Assembly: GCA_963772005.1 (NCBI GenBank)
Contig: CAVYVS010000026.1
Span: 1,945-65,944, forward strand
Source of the DNA: an uncultured Nitrososphaerota archaeon
GTDB lineage: Archaea > Thermoproteota > Nitrososphaeria > Conexivisphaerales > DTJL01
Reading direction: 5' to 3'
DNA: 64,000 nucleotides
Shown: piece after piece, positions 20,880 through 30,082 of the stretch
How positions within the stretch are numbered: the first letter of the stretch is position 1
Layout: each line of letters begins with the position of its first letter
Notes under the pieces: generated by a model
What the model was told of the DNA's origin: nothing
The model's database searches: none
Seen by the model: only the letters and a program-made list of their open reading frames with translations
Made by a program: the position numbers and the translations under genes

Positions 20880-21671
20880 GTGAGTTTCAGAGACCTGTTC
20901 CCGAGGAAGCCGGTCCTCGGGATGATTCACATGCCGGCCCTCCCTGGCGCTCCGCGAAACAGGCTCGCCATGGAGGAGCTCATCGACTTCGCCCTCTCCG
21001 AAGCGAAGAAGCTGGAGGCCGCAGGAATCGACGGGGCCATAGTGGAGAACGTCGGGGATTCGCCCTTCTTCAGGAACCATGTGCCCCCAATGACGGTGGC
21101 CGCCATGGCGAACGTGGTGACGGAAGTGAGGGATCACACCCAGATGAAGGTGGGCGTGAACATGCTCAGGAACGCCTGCACGGAGGGATTGTCAGTGGCC
21201 TACATAGCCGGCGCGGACTTCATCAGGTGCAACGTGATGATAGGGGCCTATGTCACCGATCAGGGGATAATCCAAGGCTGTGCCGCCGACCTTGCGAGGC
21301 TGAGGATGGGGCTCAAGCGGGACGTGCTGGTCTTCGGAGATGTCCACGTCAAGCACGCCTACCCCCTATTCAACGTCCCCATTGACGACGCCGCCAGAGA
21401 CCTGGCCGAGAGGGGTGGCGCCGACGCCATCCTCGTCTCCGGAGCGAGGAGCCCAGTCCCGCCCTCCTTCGAGACGTTGAGGACCGTGAAGGACGCCATA
21501 GAGCTGCCGGTGCTCATCGGGAGCGGAATAGGCCTGGCCAACGTCAAGGATTTCTACGCCAAGTCTGACGGCGTCCTCCTGGGGGAGACCGACTTCAAGA
21601 TGGGCGGAGTCTGGGGCGGGGCCAGCGATCAGAAGGCCTACGCCAAGGCGGTAAGGGCCTGCAAGGGCTAG
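20880..21671 (+). CDS. BtpA/SgcQ family protein
   Basis: PVLGMIHMPALPGAP, IDGAIVENVGDSPF, VGVNMLRN, GADFIRCNV. Family assigned from memory of BtpA alignments. Confidence 0.72.
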   Translation: MSFRDLFPRKPVLGMIHMPALPGAPRNRLAMEELIDFALSEAKKLEAAGIDGAIVENVGDSPFFRNHVPPMTVAAMANVVTEVRDHTQMKVGVNMLRNACTEGLSVAYIAGADFIRCNVMIGAYVTDQGIIQGCAADLARLRMGLKRDVLVFGDVHVKHAYPLFNVPIDDAARDLAERGGADAILVSGARSPVPPSFETLRTVKDAIELPVLIGSGIGLANVKDFYAKSDGVLLGETDFKMGGVWGGASDQKAYAKAVRACKG

Positions 21672-22327
21672 GCGCCTCCTTCCATCTCGCCCATACGCCA
21701 CAGATACAGCGAGGCCACGGTGCAGTACGGATGCCACTTCGATCCCAGGGCCTCCACCTCTTCCTCACTGGGGAGCTCGGAGAGGCCGTAGAGCCGTTTG
21801 ACGGCCGCCCTGATGCCCAAGTCGCCCGTGGGCAGGACGTCGAGGCGGCCCAGGGGGAAGATCAGGAACATTTGGGCGGTCCAGCGGCCAATGCCCCTCA
21901 CTTCGTCCAGCAGGGAGATGACCTCCTCGTCGGTCTTATGGAAGAGGGGGTCGAGGTCGAGGGAGCCGCCCGCGACCCGCCCCGCCAGATCCTTGAGGTA
22001 CTCCGCCTTCCTTCGTGAAAGGCCAATCTCCCTCAGACGGCCGTCTTCGGTGGCGGCCAGCTCGGCCGGCGTAGGGAACCGATTCTCATAGAGGCCCTTG
22101 AAGCGACTCAGTATCGCTCCCGCAGCGGAACCCGCCAGTTGCTGGAAGATGATGCTCTCGACCAGGGCCTGGAACGGCTCGAGGCCGCGCCTGATACGAA
22201 GCCTTCCCACCTTCTTGATGACAACCCCAAGGCGAGGGTCGGCCGAAGAAAGGTGGCGCGCGGCCGCATCGAGCTCCTTCGGGGAGAGCTTCCTTCCGAA
22301 CTTCCAGGTCGGTTCCTCGGAGGCCAT
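21668..22327 (-). CDS. HhH-GPD DNA glycosylase (AlkA-like 3-methyladenine glycosylase II)
   Basis: FQALVESIIFQQLAGSAA, IGLSRRKAEYLKDLA, VRGIGRWTAQMFLIF, DVLPTGDLGIRAAVKRLYG (catalytic Asp context). Confidence 0.8.
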   Translation of the reverse strand: MASEEPTWKFGRKLSPKELDAAARHLSSADPRLGVVIKKVGRLRIRRGLEPFQALVESIIFQQLAGSAAGAILSRFKGLYENRFPTPAELAATEDGRLREIGLSRRKAEYLKDLAGRVAGGSLDLDPLFHKTDEEVISLLDEVRGIGRWTAQMFLIFPLGRLDVLPTGDLGIRAAVKRLYGLSELPSEEEVEALGSKWHPYCTVASLYLWRMGEMEGGA

Positions 22328-22398
22328 GGCTCAGGGCCTTCCTATCGGGGTGGTTCATAAAGATACGTAGGGTGGCTAGGGCGCTCCCGGTGCCGCGC

Positions 22399-24204
22399 CT
22401 AGGGCCTCCCTTCCAAGGAGGACGCGAGACTGCGGAGGCCGTCCTCCAGCGCGGGCAGCGCCGGACCGAGGTCGGCCAGGAGGCCCACGTCGCAGGCCTT
22501 CAAGGAGGCGGCATCCGGGTCGCTGTTGATGCAGAACACCGTGCGGGCCCGGCGGAGGCCTATGACGTGGTTTACGGAGCCGGAAACCCCCACCTCCACC
22601 ATCAGTGATGGATCCACGGACTTCCCGGTGAGGCCAACCTGCAACTGGGGAGGCGCCCATCCTGCGTCGACGGCCTTGCGGGTGGCGGCCAACGCCGCGC
22701 CTAGCCGCGCTGCGTATGCGCCAAGGGCCTCGAATGCTTCCTTCGAACCCACTCCGAAGCCTCCGCAGACGATCACCTTCGCCCTGTCGAGGTCCCCTGC
22801 CGCCGGGCTCAAGGTGATGGTCCTCAGGAGGAGCCGTGAATCAGGGAGAGCGGAGGTGGCGCTTTCGAATGAGGCTACCGGGATCGGGCTCATGGGGAAG
22901 GAAAGCAAGGGGAAGACGCCGGGGCGAATGGTGGCGAGGCGGGGCGTCGTCTTGGAGATCACTTCGGCCATTACGCTCCCCCCGAAGGCCGGCTTGACCT
23001 GGATGAGCTCCCCCCTGCGATGCAGCGAAAGATCCGTCGCATCTCCGGTCAGCCCCAGTCGGAGGGAGGCGGCCAAGCGACCGGCTACCTCTCGCCCTCT
23101 TACGGTGGAGGGGATGAGCACGGCGAAAGGCCGGTCCCGCTCGATGGCGTCTCGGAGCGAAATCGCGTCCGTCAGGGAGGAAGGGGGCGACGACGGGGCC
23201 TTCAGAACCAGGACCTCCTCGGCGCCGGCCTTTGAGGAATCGGCGGCTACGTCGGTGGTGACGTCTGGGGCGATGAGCGCCACGGCCTTGAGGCCCAGGC
23301 TTCGCACCTTCCCCATCACCTCGTAAGCGGTGCGCGCCTCCTGGGCGCCGGCCATCATGACGACCCACACCGGCTTCGGCTCGGTGGCCCTCGACATGTC
23401 CGTGGCTTCGACCGGAGCCTCTGCGGAACGCCTTGCCAGCTCTGCCAGGCACTTCGAGACCGCCGAGGCCAGGTCGGACCTGCCGTCGTAGATCATAGGC
23501 GACCTTGGAAAGGAAGCGTCGAAGAGAGACTTGACGTAGGTGGGAGAGCCGGCTGCCCCGAACTGGCTCACGTCCGCCGAAAGGGCCGAGGCGTGCCAGC
23601 TCTCTAAGGGCTTCAGAAGGGCCTTCGCCCTGTCCTCCTCCGTAGGAGCCCTGGGATGGTTGATCTTTTCGTTGACGCTCACCACGGCCGGGAGGGCCAG
23701 GTCGAAGGTCTCGGTCCCCTCTTCGAAATCGCGTACGACCGTAAGGGTGGAGCCGCTCAGCTCGATGGCCCGGGCGTTGGTGACGATGGGCGTGCCGAGG
23801 AGCTGTGCCAATTCGGGCATCACCTGGGAGGTCTCAGCATCCACGCTGCTCACCCCACCGACGACGAGGTCGAACCCGATGAGCCTTGCAGCCATCGAGA
23901 GGGCGGTGGACGTCGCCAGGGTGTCGGAGCCGGCGAAGGCGGGGTCCGTCAGGAGGACCGCCCTGTCGGCCCCTGCGGCGAGGGTGGAGCGGAGGACGTC
24001 CTCGGCCGACGGGGGACCCAGGCTGAGGCTGACCACCTCACCGCCGAACTTCTCCCTCATGGAGACGGCGGCTTCCACGGCCCGCCGGTCGCACGGGTTG
24101 ATGACGTTCTTCACACCGTCACGGACGATTGTCTTGGTCTCCGCGTTGAAGTGCATCTGCGAAACGTCAGGGACCATCTTGACCATGACCAAGAAGCGCG
24201 GCAA
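22399..24204 (-). CDS. Fused ETF beta-alpha protein (601 aa, uninterrupted)
   Basis: Beta part: VMVKMVPDV, DRAVLLTD, VVGGVSSVDAETSQV, AAGSPT. About 40-aa linker. Alpha part: VWVVMM, IPSTVRGREVAGRLA, IVCGGFG, AATRKAVDAGW, QVGLTGKSVDPSLMVEVGVSGSVNH. Confidence 0.85.
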   Translation of the reverse strand: MPRFLVMVKMVPDVSQMHFNAETKTIVRDGVKNVINPCDRRAVEAAVSMREKFGGEVVSLSLGPPSAEDVLRSTLAAGADRAVLLTDPAFAGSDTLATSTALSMAARLIGFDLVVGGVSSVDAETSQVMPELAQLLGTPIVTNARAIELSGSTLTVVRDFEEGTETFDLALPAVVSVNEKINHPRAPTEEDRAKALLKPLESWHASALSADVSQFGAAGSPTYVKSLFDASFPRSPMIYDGRSDLASAVSKCLAELARRSAEAPVEATDMSRATEPKPVWVVMMAGAQEARTAYEVMGKVRSLGLKAVALIAPDVTTDVAADSSKAGAEEVLVLKAPSSPPSSLTDAISLRDAIERDRPFAVLIPSTVRGREVAGRLAASLRLGLTGDATDLSLHRRGELIQVKPAFGGSVMAEVISKTTPRLATIRPGVFPLLSFPMSPIPVASFESATSALPDSRLLLRTITLSPAAGDLDRAKVIVCGGFGVGSKEAFEALGAYAARLGAALAATRKAVDAGWAPPQLQVGLTGKSVDPSLMVEVGVSGSVNHVIGLRRARTVFCINSDPDAASLKACDVGLLADLGPALPALEDGLRSLASSLEGRP

Positions 24205-24400
24205 GGTCTTTCGACGTATCTCTCAGAGGGTGCGAGATATGGTTTGCCCCACTCCTGACGTTTGAGAAAGGCGACAAGGGATATACGAGCGGACACGGCG
24301 AGGGTGAATCGGGGCCGGAGCGGTTGGCCGAGCAGAAGGGCACGAACCTGGCGGAGGATGAGACCAGGCGCAGGATCGTAGTCGACTGATCCCCTACCTG

Positions 24401-24661
24401 ATGTCGGCCTACCTGAAGGCCCAATCGGCGCTCTCTACGACCGCCCTCTTCTCGAGGGCGATGGAAGGATACGGGGCCAAGGGCAGGGAGATGTCCAACC
24501 ACAAGGAACTGATCGCTGCCGCCCTGAAGGGGGTGGAAGACCTCAACCTGAGGCCTGATGGAGACGGCTTCGCCTTCAAACTGAGCAGGGACATGATGCT
24601 CGAGGTGGTCAGGGTCCACCTGACAAAGGCCTACATACGCGAGGGCTCCCACGGCGCTTAG
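24401..24661 (+). CDS. Hypothetical protein (86 aa)
   Basis: ATG-initiated ORF with unbiased composition. No motif I recognise. Confidence 0.3.
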   Translation: MSAYLKAQSALSTTALFSRAMEGYGAKGREMSNHKELIAAALKGVEDLNLRPDGDGFAFKLSRDMMLEVVRVHLTKAYIREGSHGA

Positions 24662-24668
24662 GTTCCTC

Positions 24669-25028
24669 TTGCATCCGGAAGGGCTCGCGCATCCGGTTGA
24701 TGCCGTCCTGAGGCTTCCGATGCAGAGTGTATACGTCAAGCTCCTGGACTCCGAGCTGAGCACGGACCTCGAAGCCGACCTCCTTGAGGCGGCGGTCAAG
24801 CTCTCTCCGTCTCAGCTGTGGGCACTTTCGCTGGAGGACTCCAATGTCGACTCGCGGCTCAGCCCCCAGTTCCGCGCAGAGAACAAGGTGCTCTTCGGCC
24901 GACTGAGGATCATTGGGCTGGGCAGGGTGATAGGCGAATACCTGGGAGGGCCTTACGAAGTGTCGGTGAAGAAGGGAGAGGGGGGCTTCGAAGTGAAGGC
25001 GACCCCCGGATGGTCAGCCCAGTCGTAG
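24669..25028 (+). CDS. Hypothetical protein (up to 119 aa; ATG at 24720 is an alternative start)
   Basis: ORF directly after 24401..24661 but in another frame, so the two could be one disrupted gene. No recognisable motif. Confidence 0.3.
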   Translation: MHPEGLAHPVDAVLRLPMQSVYVKLLDSELSTDLEADLLEAAVKLSPSQLWALSLEDSNVDSRLSPQFRAENKVLFGRLRIIGLGRVIGEYLGGPYEVSVKKGEGGFEVKATPGWSAQS

Positions 25029-25437
25029 CGTGCCGGCCTTCGGGTCTATCTCCATCTTGAACGACCGAAGGAAGGTCCTTCCGAGGACCATATCCCAAGG
25101 CGAGAGAGGAGGGTGGTCGAACTCCAAGACCAGGGAGTCGACGTCCTTCACGGTGAGGTTCCCAATGGAGATCTCCTTCAGGGTGATCTGAATGCTGCGC
25201 TCTATGCCCCTCATCCCGAGGACCATTGGGGCTTGTGGGCCTGAACTCCATCCAGCTCCCATGGGGCAGGGTGGCCTCGGGGTAGCCCAGCTCGGAGGCG
25301 TCCTGCCTCGTCAGGTAGCAGTAGTCGAAGTTGAAGTCGAGGAGGCAGCTGAGCTCCATGATCTTCGTGTTGGCGCCCTTGACGCGACACCAGAGGATCA
25401 TTGGGTCCTTTAGGGGAAACTCGAGCAATTCATTCAC
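25014..25437 (-). CDS. Retropepsin-like (clan AA) aspartic-protease homologue 2, one frame disruption
   Basis: LWCRVKGANTKIMELSCLLDFNFDYCYLTRQDASELGY (frame of 24910..25437), then IQITLKEISIGNLTVKDVDSLVLEFD...WDMVLGRTFLRSFKMEIDPKAGTLRL (frame of 25014..25262). Active-site triplet reads DFN. Confidence 0.5.
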
Positions 25438-25840
25438 CCAGCGAGACGGCGAAGGAGGACATGTCCAGCTTGGCCTTCGCCTTGGAGAGGAGGGAGGCCC
25501 CGATGACGACGTCGAAGCCGGCCTCTTGCGGGAGGTCGAAGGCCAGGAACTCCACGTTCCGGAAGGTCTGGCCGCCGAGGCTCACTTCGTCCACCCTGAC
25601 AAGGGGGGCGTCGACGTAGCCAGCGAAGGTAGCGACGGTCATCAAGTTGGAGGGTCTGGTGATGAAGTCTGTCGACGAGTCCTGTATGGCTTCGCCGTAG
25701 CCCAGGGCGTAGGCGTCCACCTTGGGCATGACGCAGTATGAGGCGGCGGAGTCGACCAGGGCCAGATACTCCCTCGCCTTGCCATTCCTGCCCTTCAGCC
25801 TGACGAAGAAGGTGGGGACGCCGCGGCTCTTGGCTTGCAT
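25430..25840 (-). CDS. Retropepsin-like (clan AA) aspartic-protease homologue 1
   Basis: FFVRLKGRNGKAREYLALVDSAASYCVMPKVDAYALGY ... VSLGGQTFRNVEFLAFDLPQEAGFDVVIGASLLSKAKAKLDMSSFAVSL. This is the typical bacterial/archaeal retropepsin layout. Triplet reads DSA instead of D[TS]G. Confidence 0.62.
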   Translation of the reverse strand: MQAKSRGVPTFFVRLKGRNGKAREYLALVDSAASYCVMPKVDAYALGYGEAIQDSSTDFITRPSNLMTVATFAGYVDAPLVRVDEVSLGGQTFRNVEFLAFDLPQEAGFDVVIGASLLSKAKAKLDMSSFAVSLGE

Positions 25841-25849
25841 GGCGATTGC

Positions 25850-26080
25850 CTACATCAGGACGGTGTATTCGGTGTCGCCGCCGTAGACGACGCAGATGTC
25901 GGCGTACTTCACCAGCTTGAGCCTGAGGCGGTACCTGTCGACGTCGTCAGCGACCACATTCCCCGCGATGGGCTGCCCGTTGGCGTCCCGCTTAGTTACC
26001 GTGATGGCCACCCACCTGTTGGGGTACTTCTCATGGATAGCCTCAAGGGTAAGTTCCTCCTGCGTCGTCGAAGAGCTCAC
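25850..26080 (-). CDS. Small protein (76 aa), DUF5678-like by recollection
   Basis: LEAIHEKYPNRWVAITV...VVADDVD pattern resembles small archaeal DUF5678 proteins. Starts 14 nt after the coxM-like stop and ends 9 nt before retropepsin 1. Confidence 0.42.
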   Translation of the reverse strand: MSSSTTQEELTLEAIHEKYPNRWVAITVTKRDANGQPIAGNVVADDVDRYRLRLKLVKYADICVVYGGDTEYTVLM

Positions 26081-26094
26081 TCGGTCGTCTCCGC

Positions 26095-27109
26095 CTATGA
26101 GGAAGTGAAGGAGCGTAGCGCCTTCTTGACGGCTCCCTTGGCCAAGTCAACCCTGAAGGCGTTCCCCGTGCCGAAGGTGAGCGGGGTCGCCCCGCTGAGG
26201 GCCGTGTCGGCGGCGCTGCTGATCACGTCTTCTGTGATCTGCTTGCCAGCCAGGTAGGACTCGACGGCCGGTACTCTGTGGGGCTTGACGTCAACACCAC
26301 CCAGGACCACGCGTGCCTTGCTTATGGTGCTGCCGCTGAAGGTGGCAGTTATGGCCGCGGAGGCGAGGGCGAAGTCCCATGTCCCCCTGTCGCGGACCTT
26401 GTAGTAGACGCTCTTGGTGTTGGTGGCCGGAGTGGGGACGTGGACCTCGGTGAGGATTTCGTTGTATCCCACCGTGTTCTCCTTGACGATGCCATCCTGC
26501 ACCGTGATGCCTGGGATCAGGTCGGTCCATGCTGACTGTCCTCGTGCCGGACGGTCCCTGCACCGTCGCCTGAGCGTCGAGCGAGAACAGTGCCGGGGCC
26601 AGGTCGCCCGCGTGTACGGCGTAGCAGAGCCTTCCGCCAAAAATGCTGTGGTAGAAGCGGTTGTCGCCTATGGCTCCGTAGCAGATGCTGCCCCCGTTCC
26701 TCCAGCAGTCGTAGTCGTACCTCAGGTACCAGCACCAGACCTCCTGGAGGAGGTCACCGGCCACGGTGCCGACGTTCCTGATCTGTGGAGTGGCTATCTG
26801 CCCGGCTGCCTGGGCCAGGACGGAGAAGAACTGGTTGGTGTTGGCGTCGTTCTCCACGGTGCTGATGTTGGTAGTCCCGCCGATGCGGAGGCCGTCGCTC
26901 TGGCTGAACCTGACGTAGCTCAGGCCCAGGTTGCTGACGTCCACCACGTAGTGGGGGATGTGGGTGGAGATGTTGTTCTTGATCCTCGAGATTAGGTCTG
27001 AGCCGCCCGATATGATCTTGGCGCTCCCACCGGCGTCGGTCAGGTGGGTGATGGCGTCGCTGATGGAGGACGCCTGGTAGTAGCCGAACTTCTGTACTTC
27101 AGTTCTCAA
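26095..27109 (-). CDS. Molybdenum hydroxylase FAD-binding medium subunit (CoxM/XdhB/PaoB-like), one frame disruption
   Basis: TTG 27109 overlaps the large-subunit TGA (TTGA). AKIISGGSDLI, IRNVGTVAGDL, and a C-terminal CO-dehydrogenase-flavoprotein-like domain in the frame of 26095..26640. Frame switch near 26525 (VSMDDLIPGI restored by removing one C). Confidence 0.85.
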
Positions 27110-29454
27110 AACTTGCCAGCCCCCTTTGCCCAAGCGATGGCGGTCATGATATCCTCACGCCCGATTGGGAGATGGTCGAACCTGTAGCCTCCCAGGGCGT
27201 TGGTCAGGGCGTTGGCGATGGCTGGACTGACGGAGATGAGGACGTTCTCGCCTATGCCCTTGGCTCCAAAGGGTCCCACCGGGTCGACGTACTCTTCCCA
27301 CGTCGGGGTCACGTTGTCGGGGACCTCCATTATGGTGGGGATCCTGAAGTCGTGGAAGTTGGGGTTGATGTAGCTTCCCGTGGTCGGGTCGTGGAGCTGC
27401 TCCTGGTAGAGAGTCTCCCCCATGCCCATGCCGTAGAAGCCGCCCCTGACCTGGCTCTCGGCGCCCTTTGCGAAGATGACCTTGCCGATGTCGAGGCCGC
27501 TCACGTAGTTCGTGATGTGGACCTCGCCGGTCTCGATGTCCACCTCGGCCTCCACGAGCTTCGCGCCGCCTACGCGCCAGGCGACGTTGGTCGGGACTTT
27601 GAAGACCCCGACTCCGGTTATCGAGGAAGTCAGGAGGGCGGCGGCAGCCTTGAAGGTCATGCTGAGGGTGCCGTCGGTAGAGGCTATGTTCCCGTTCTGG
27701 AAGATCAGCTTGTCGGCCGTAGTCCCGAGCTTGGCGGCGACTACGGGGAACCACTGGCGCTTCAGGTCGGCCGCGGCCATCGAGAAGGCCATGCCGGCGT
27801 TCCTCGTGGACTGGCTCCCGGCGGTGACGCTGGCGTTGGTCGTGAGGCTGGTGTCAGACTGGACGCAGGTGACGTTGTCCAGGGAGGTCAGCCCAAGGTA
27901 CTCGGCGGCCATTATCGGGAAGGTCGTGTTGCCGCCAGCCCCGTGGTCGGTGAGCCCGGTGTAGCAGACGACCGAGCCGTCCGTGTTGACCTGTATCTGG
28001 CCGGTGCTCGGCGGGATGATGCTGCCCTTGGCGGAGTTCTGCAGGGCTATGCCGACGCCGGTCCGCACTGTGCCGTTGACGGCGCTGGCCACGCCCCAGC
28101 CCTTGAACTTCGAGCTCCAGTTGAAGGCCGCCACCGCCTTGTTGAAGGCGTTGGGCTCGCCGAAGCCCGTATACGGCAGCTTGCTCACCGGGTCTACGGC
28201 GTTGGCGTTCGTCCTCATGTTGTTCAGCCTGAACTGGACGGGGTCGACGCCCAGCTTCTCGGCCAGCATGTCCACGGCCACCTCCATGAAGAAGTGGGCC
28301 TGGCTCTCCCCCACGTCCCTCATGGGGCCGGCGTAGGCGAAGGCGTTTGTGTTCACCGACGTGGAGTCCAGCCGCACGTTGGGAGTGATGTAAGCGTTAT
28401 AGAAGTCGCTGATGCCGTCGGAGCCGTTGGAGCCGCCGTAGGCGCCGACGTTGACGAAGAACTTGCCGACCATCACGGTCATGGTGCCGTCCTTCGTCCC
28501 GCCCAGCGTCATGTAGGCCTTGATTGGGAACTTCGCGTTGGTGGTGTTGAGGGCCTGGTCGAAGCGGGTCGGGCCGTACTTGACGGCCGAGCCCACCTTC
28601 TGGGCCATTATCGCAGCGAGGATCATTTCCTCGGCGGCGCCGGACTTGTCGCCCAGGGCCATTCCCACCACCCCGCCGCCTTCGTTTCCTCCGAGGGCCG
28701 ACTTCACGGTCACCGTGTTGAGCGGAATGCGGAAGAAGTTGGCCAAGGTGGACTGGGCCGAGTGGACGAACTGGTTGCTGGCCCACACGGTCAGGGTGTT
28801 GTTCTTCCAAGAGGCGACGCAGGCCCGGGGCTCGAACTCGTAGTGCTGATGGAGAGGGAAGGTGAGCGTGGTGGTGACGGTTTCGTCGGCGCTGGCCAGG
28901 GCCGAGTCTACGTTCCCATATTCGACGTGCAGGGTGGCAGGCACCGGTCCGGTTTCAGGGTTGAAGCCGGCCCCGGGGACGTTGCCGCCGGGCCATAACT
29001 GCACCGCCGAGGGCTTGCTGGCCTCTTCGGCGTCGAGGACGTACGGAAGCGGCTTGTATTCGACGTCGACAAGCTGAATGGCGTCTTCGACCTGGTCAGT
29101 AGAAGGAGCCCCCACTACGGCCACCATCTGGCCGGGATAGTAGGTCTGTCCCTGCGGGAGGGGGAGGCGCGGACGGGCCCCGGTTATCAGGGAGAACGCC
29201 TGCAGGTCGTTGGCGGTCAGGACCACGTATCCCGCTGCGATGGCCTTGCTGGCGTCTATCTTTACAATCTGGGCGCTGGGATAGGGGCAGGTGATCTTGC
29301 CCATGTATACGAACGAGGTCTCCCCTACGTGTGACGGATTGATGTCGTAGGTGTAGACGGCGTTCCCGGTGATCTTCCGCATGATGTCCCTCCTGTTGAC
29401 GGCCGGGTTGCCGACGAGGTTGTAGGTCGGCGTCGAGGATGAAGAGGAAGACAA
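27106..29454 (-). CDS. Molybdenum hydroxylase large (MoCo) subunit, xanthine dehydrogenase / aldehyde oxidase family
   Basis: TTG 29454 lies 2 nt after the small-subunit TAG. ITGNAVYTYDI, GQMVAVVGA, QHYEFEPRA, AYAGPMRDVGESQAHFFMEVAVDMLAEKLGVDP, GMGMGETLYQE. 782 aa, uninterrupted. Confidence 0.9.
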   Translation of the reverse strand: MSSSSSSTPTYNLVGNPAVNRRDIMRKITGNAVYTYDINPSHVGETSFVYMGKITCPYPSAQIVKIDASKAIAAGYVVLTANDLQAFSLITGARPRLPLPQGQTYYPGQMVAVVGAPSTDQVEDAIQLVDVEYKPLPYVLDAEEASKPSAVQLWPGGNVPGAGFNPETGPVPATLHVEYGNVDSALASADETVTTTLTFPLHQHYEFEPRACVASWKNNTLTVWASNQFVHSAQSTLANFFRIPLNTVTVKSALGGNEGGGVVGMALGDKSGAAEEMILAAIMAQKVGSAVKYGPTRFDQALNTTNAKFPIKAYMTLGGTKDGTMTVMVGKFFVNVGAYGGSNGSDGISDFYNAYITPNVRLDSTSVNTNAFAYAGPMRDVGESQAHFFMEVAVDMLAEKLGVDPVQFRLNNMRTNANAVDPVSKLPYTGFGEPNAFNKAVAAFNWSSKFKGWGVASAVNGTVRTGVGIALQNSAKGSIIPPSTGQIQVNTDGSVVCYTGLTDHGAGGNTTFPIMAAEYLGLTSLDNVTCVQSDTSLTTNASVTAGSQSTRNAGMAFSMAAADLKRQWFPVVAAKLGTTADKLIFQNGNIASTDGTLSMTFKAAAALLTSSITGVGVFKVPTNVAWRVGGAKLVEAEVDIETGEVHITNYVSGLDIGKVIFAKGAESQVRGGFYGMGMGETLYQEQLHDPTTGSYINPNFHDFRIPTIMEVPDNVTPTWEEYVDPVGPFGAKGIGENVLISVSPAIANALTNALGGYRFDHLPIGREDIMTAIAWAKGAGKF

Positions 29455-29456
29455 GG

Positions 29457-30082
29457 CTAGGAACTCCCAAGGGTCTGGGCGGCCTGTTGAATTGCCGCAA
29501 TGATGTTCATGTAGGTCCCGCAGCGGCAGAGGTTGCCGCTCATGCCGGCCTTTATCTCGTCCACCGTGGGATTGGGGTTGCTCTTCAGCAGAGCCGTCGC
29601 CGACATCACTTGGCCAGCCTGACAATAGCCACACTGGCTGGCATCGTTGGGCACCCAAGCGGCCTGGACGGCGGCCAGGACTTTGTCGCTAGCGCCACCC
29701 TCTGCCGTCAGGATCTGGTGCCCCTGGGCCCTTATGGCGAGGAAGGTGCAGGAGTAATAGGGCTTGTTGTCGATGAGGACCGTGCATCCTCCGCACTCCA
29801 TCCTGTTGCATGGCCTCTTGGTGCCGATCAGGCCCAGCTGCTCCCTGAGCACGTTCACGAGCATGTCTCTGGGCTGCACCTGGGCCGCCAAGCTGGTCCC
29901 GTTCACGTTCAAGGTGATTGTCTGAAGGGCGAACAGGTTGTCCTCGAACGTAGTCGAGCTGCCGGCGGAGCTTACGCCGGTGCCCGAAATCTGCTGGGGC
30001 CGCAGGCCGACGACCGCAGCAGCCAAGGCCGTCGCCGTGACGCTTCCTTTGATGAAGGTCCTGCGGCTCAGCCTTACACCAT
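29457..30082 (-). CDS. Molybdenum hydroxylase [2Fe-2S] small subunit with twin-arginine signal (PaoA-like)
   Basis: CNRMECGGCTV and QCGYCQAGQ...CRCGTY clusters. In frame upstream of the ORF-track start (30026) I read HGVRLSRRTFIKGSVTATALAAAVVGL. The only ATG nearby (30082) is out of frame by one base, so the start is uncertain. Confidence 0.82.

Noticed and set aside
27172-28998. 608-aa ORF antisense to the Mo-hydroxylase large subunit. Similar long antisense or overlapping ORFs occur at 85..1011, 1641..3086, 19583..20701, 43049..44374, 50243..51673 and 53415..54587.
   Set aside because: These are shadow ORFs, expected in about 60% GC DNA where stop codons are rare. Their products are Arg/Gly/Pro/His-rich with no motifs, while the opposite-strand or other-frame genes have strong family signatures.
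27106-29454. Annotating the cluster as aerobic carbon-monoxide dehydrogenase (coxSLM).
   Set aside because: I could not find the CODH active-site loop (VAYRCSFR type, or the AYRGAGR variant) in the large subunit. The equivalent region reads AYAGPMRDVGES. The Tat signal and the PaoA-like small subunit point to a different hydroxylase.
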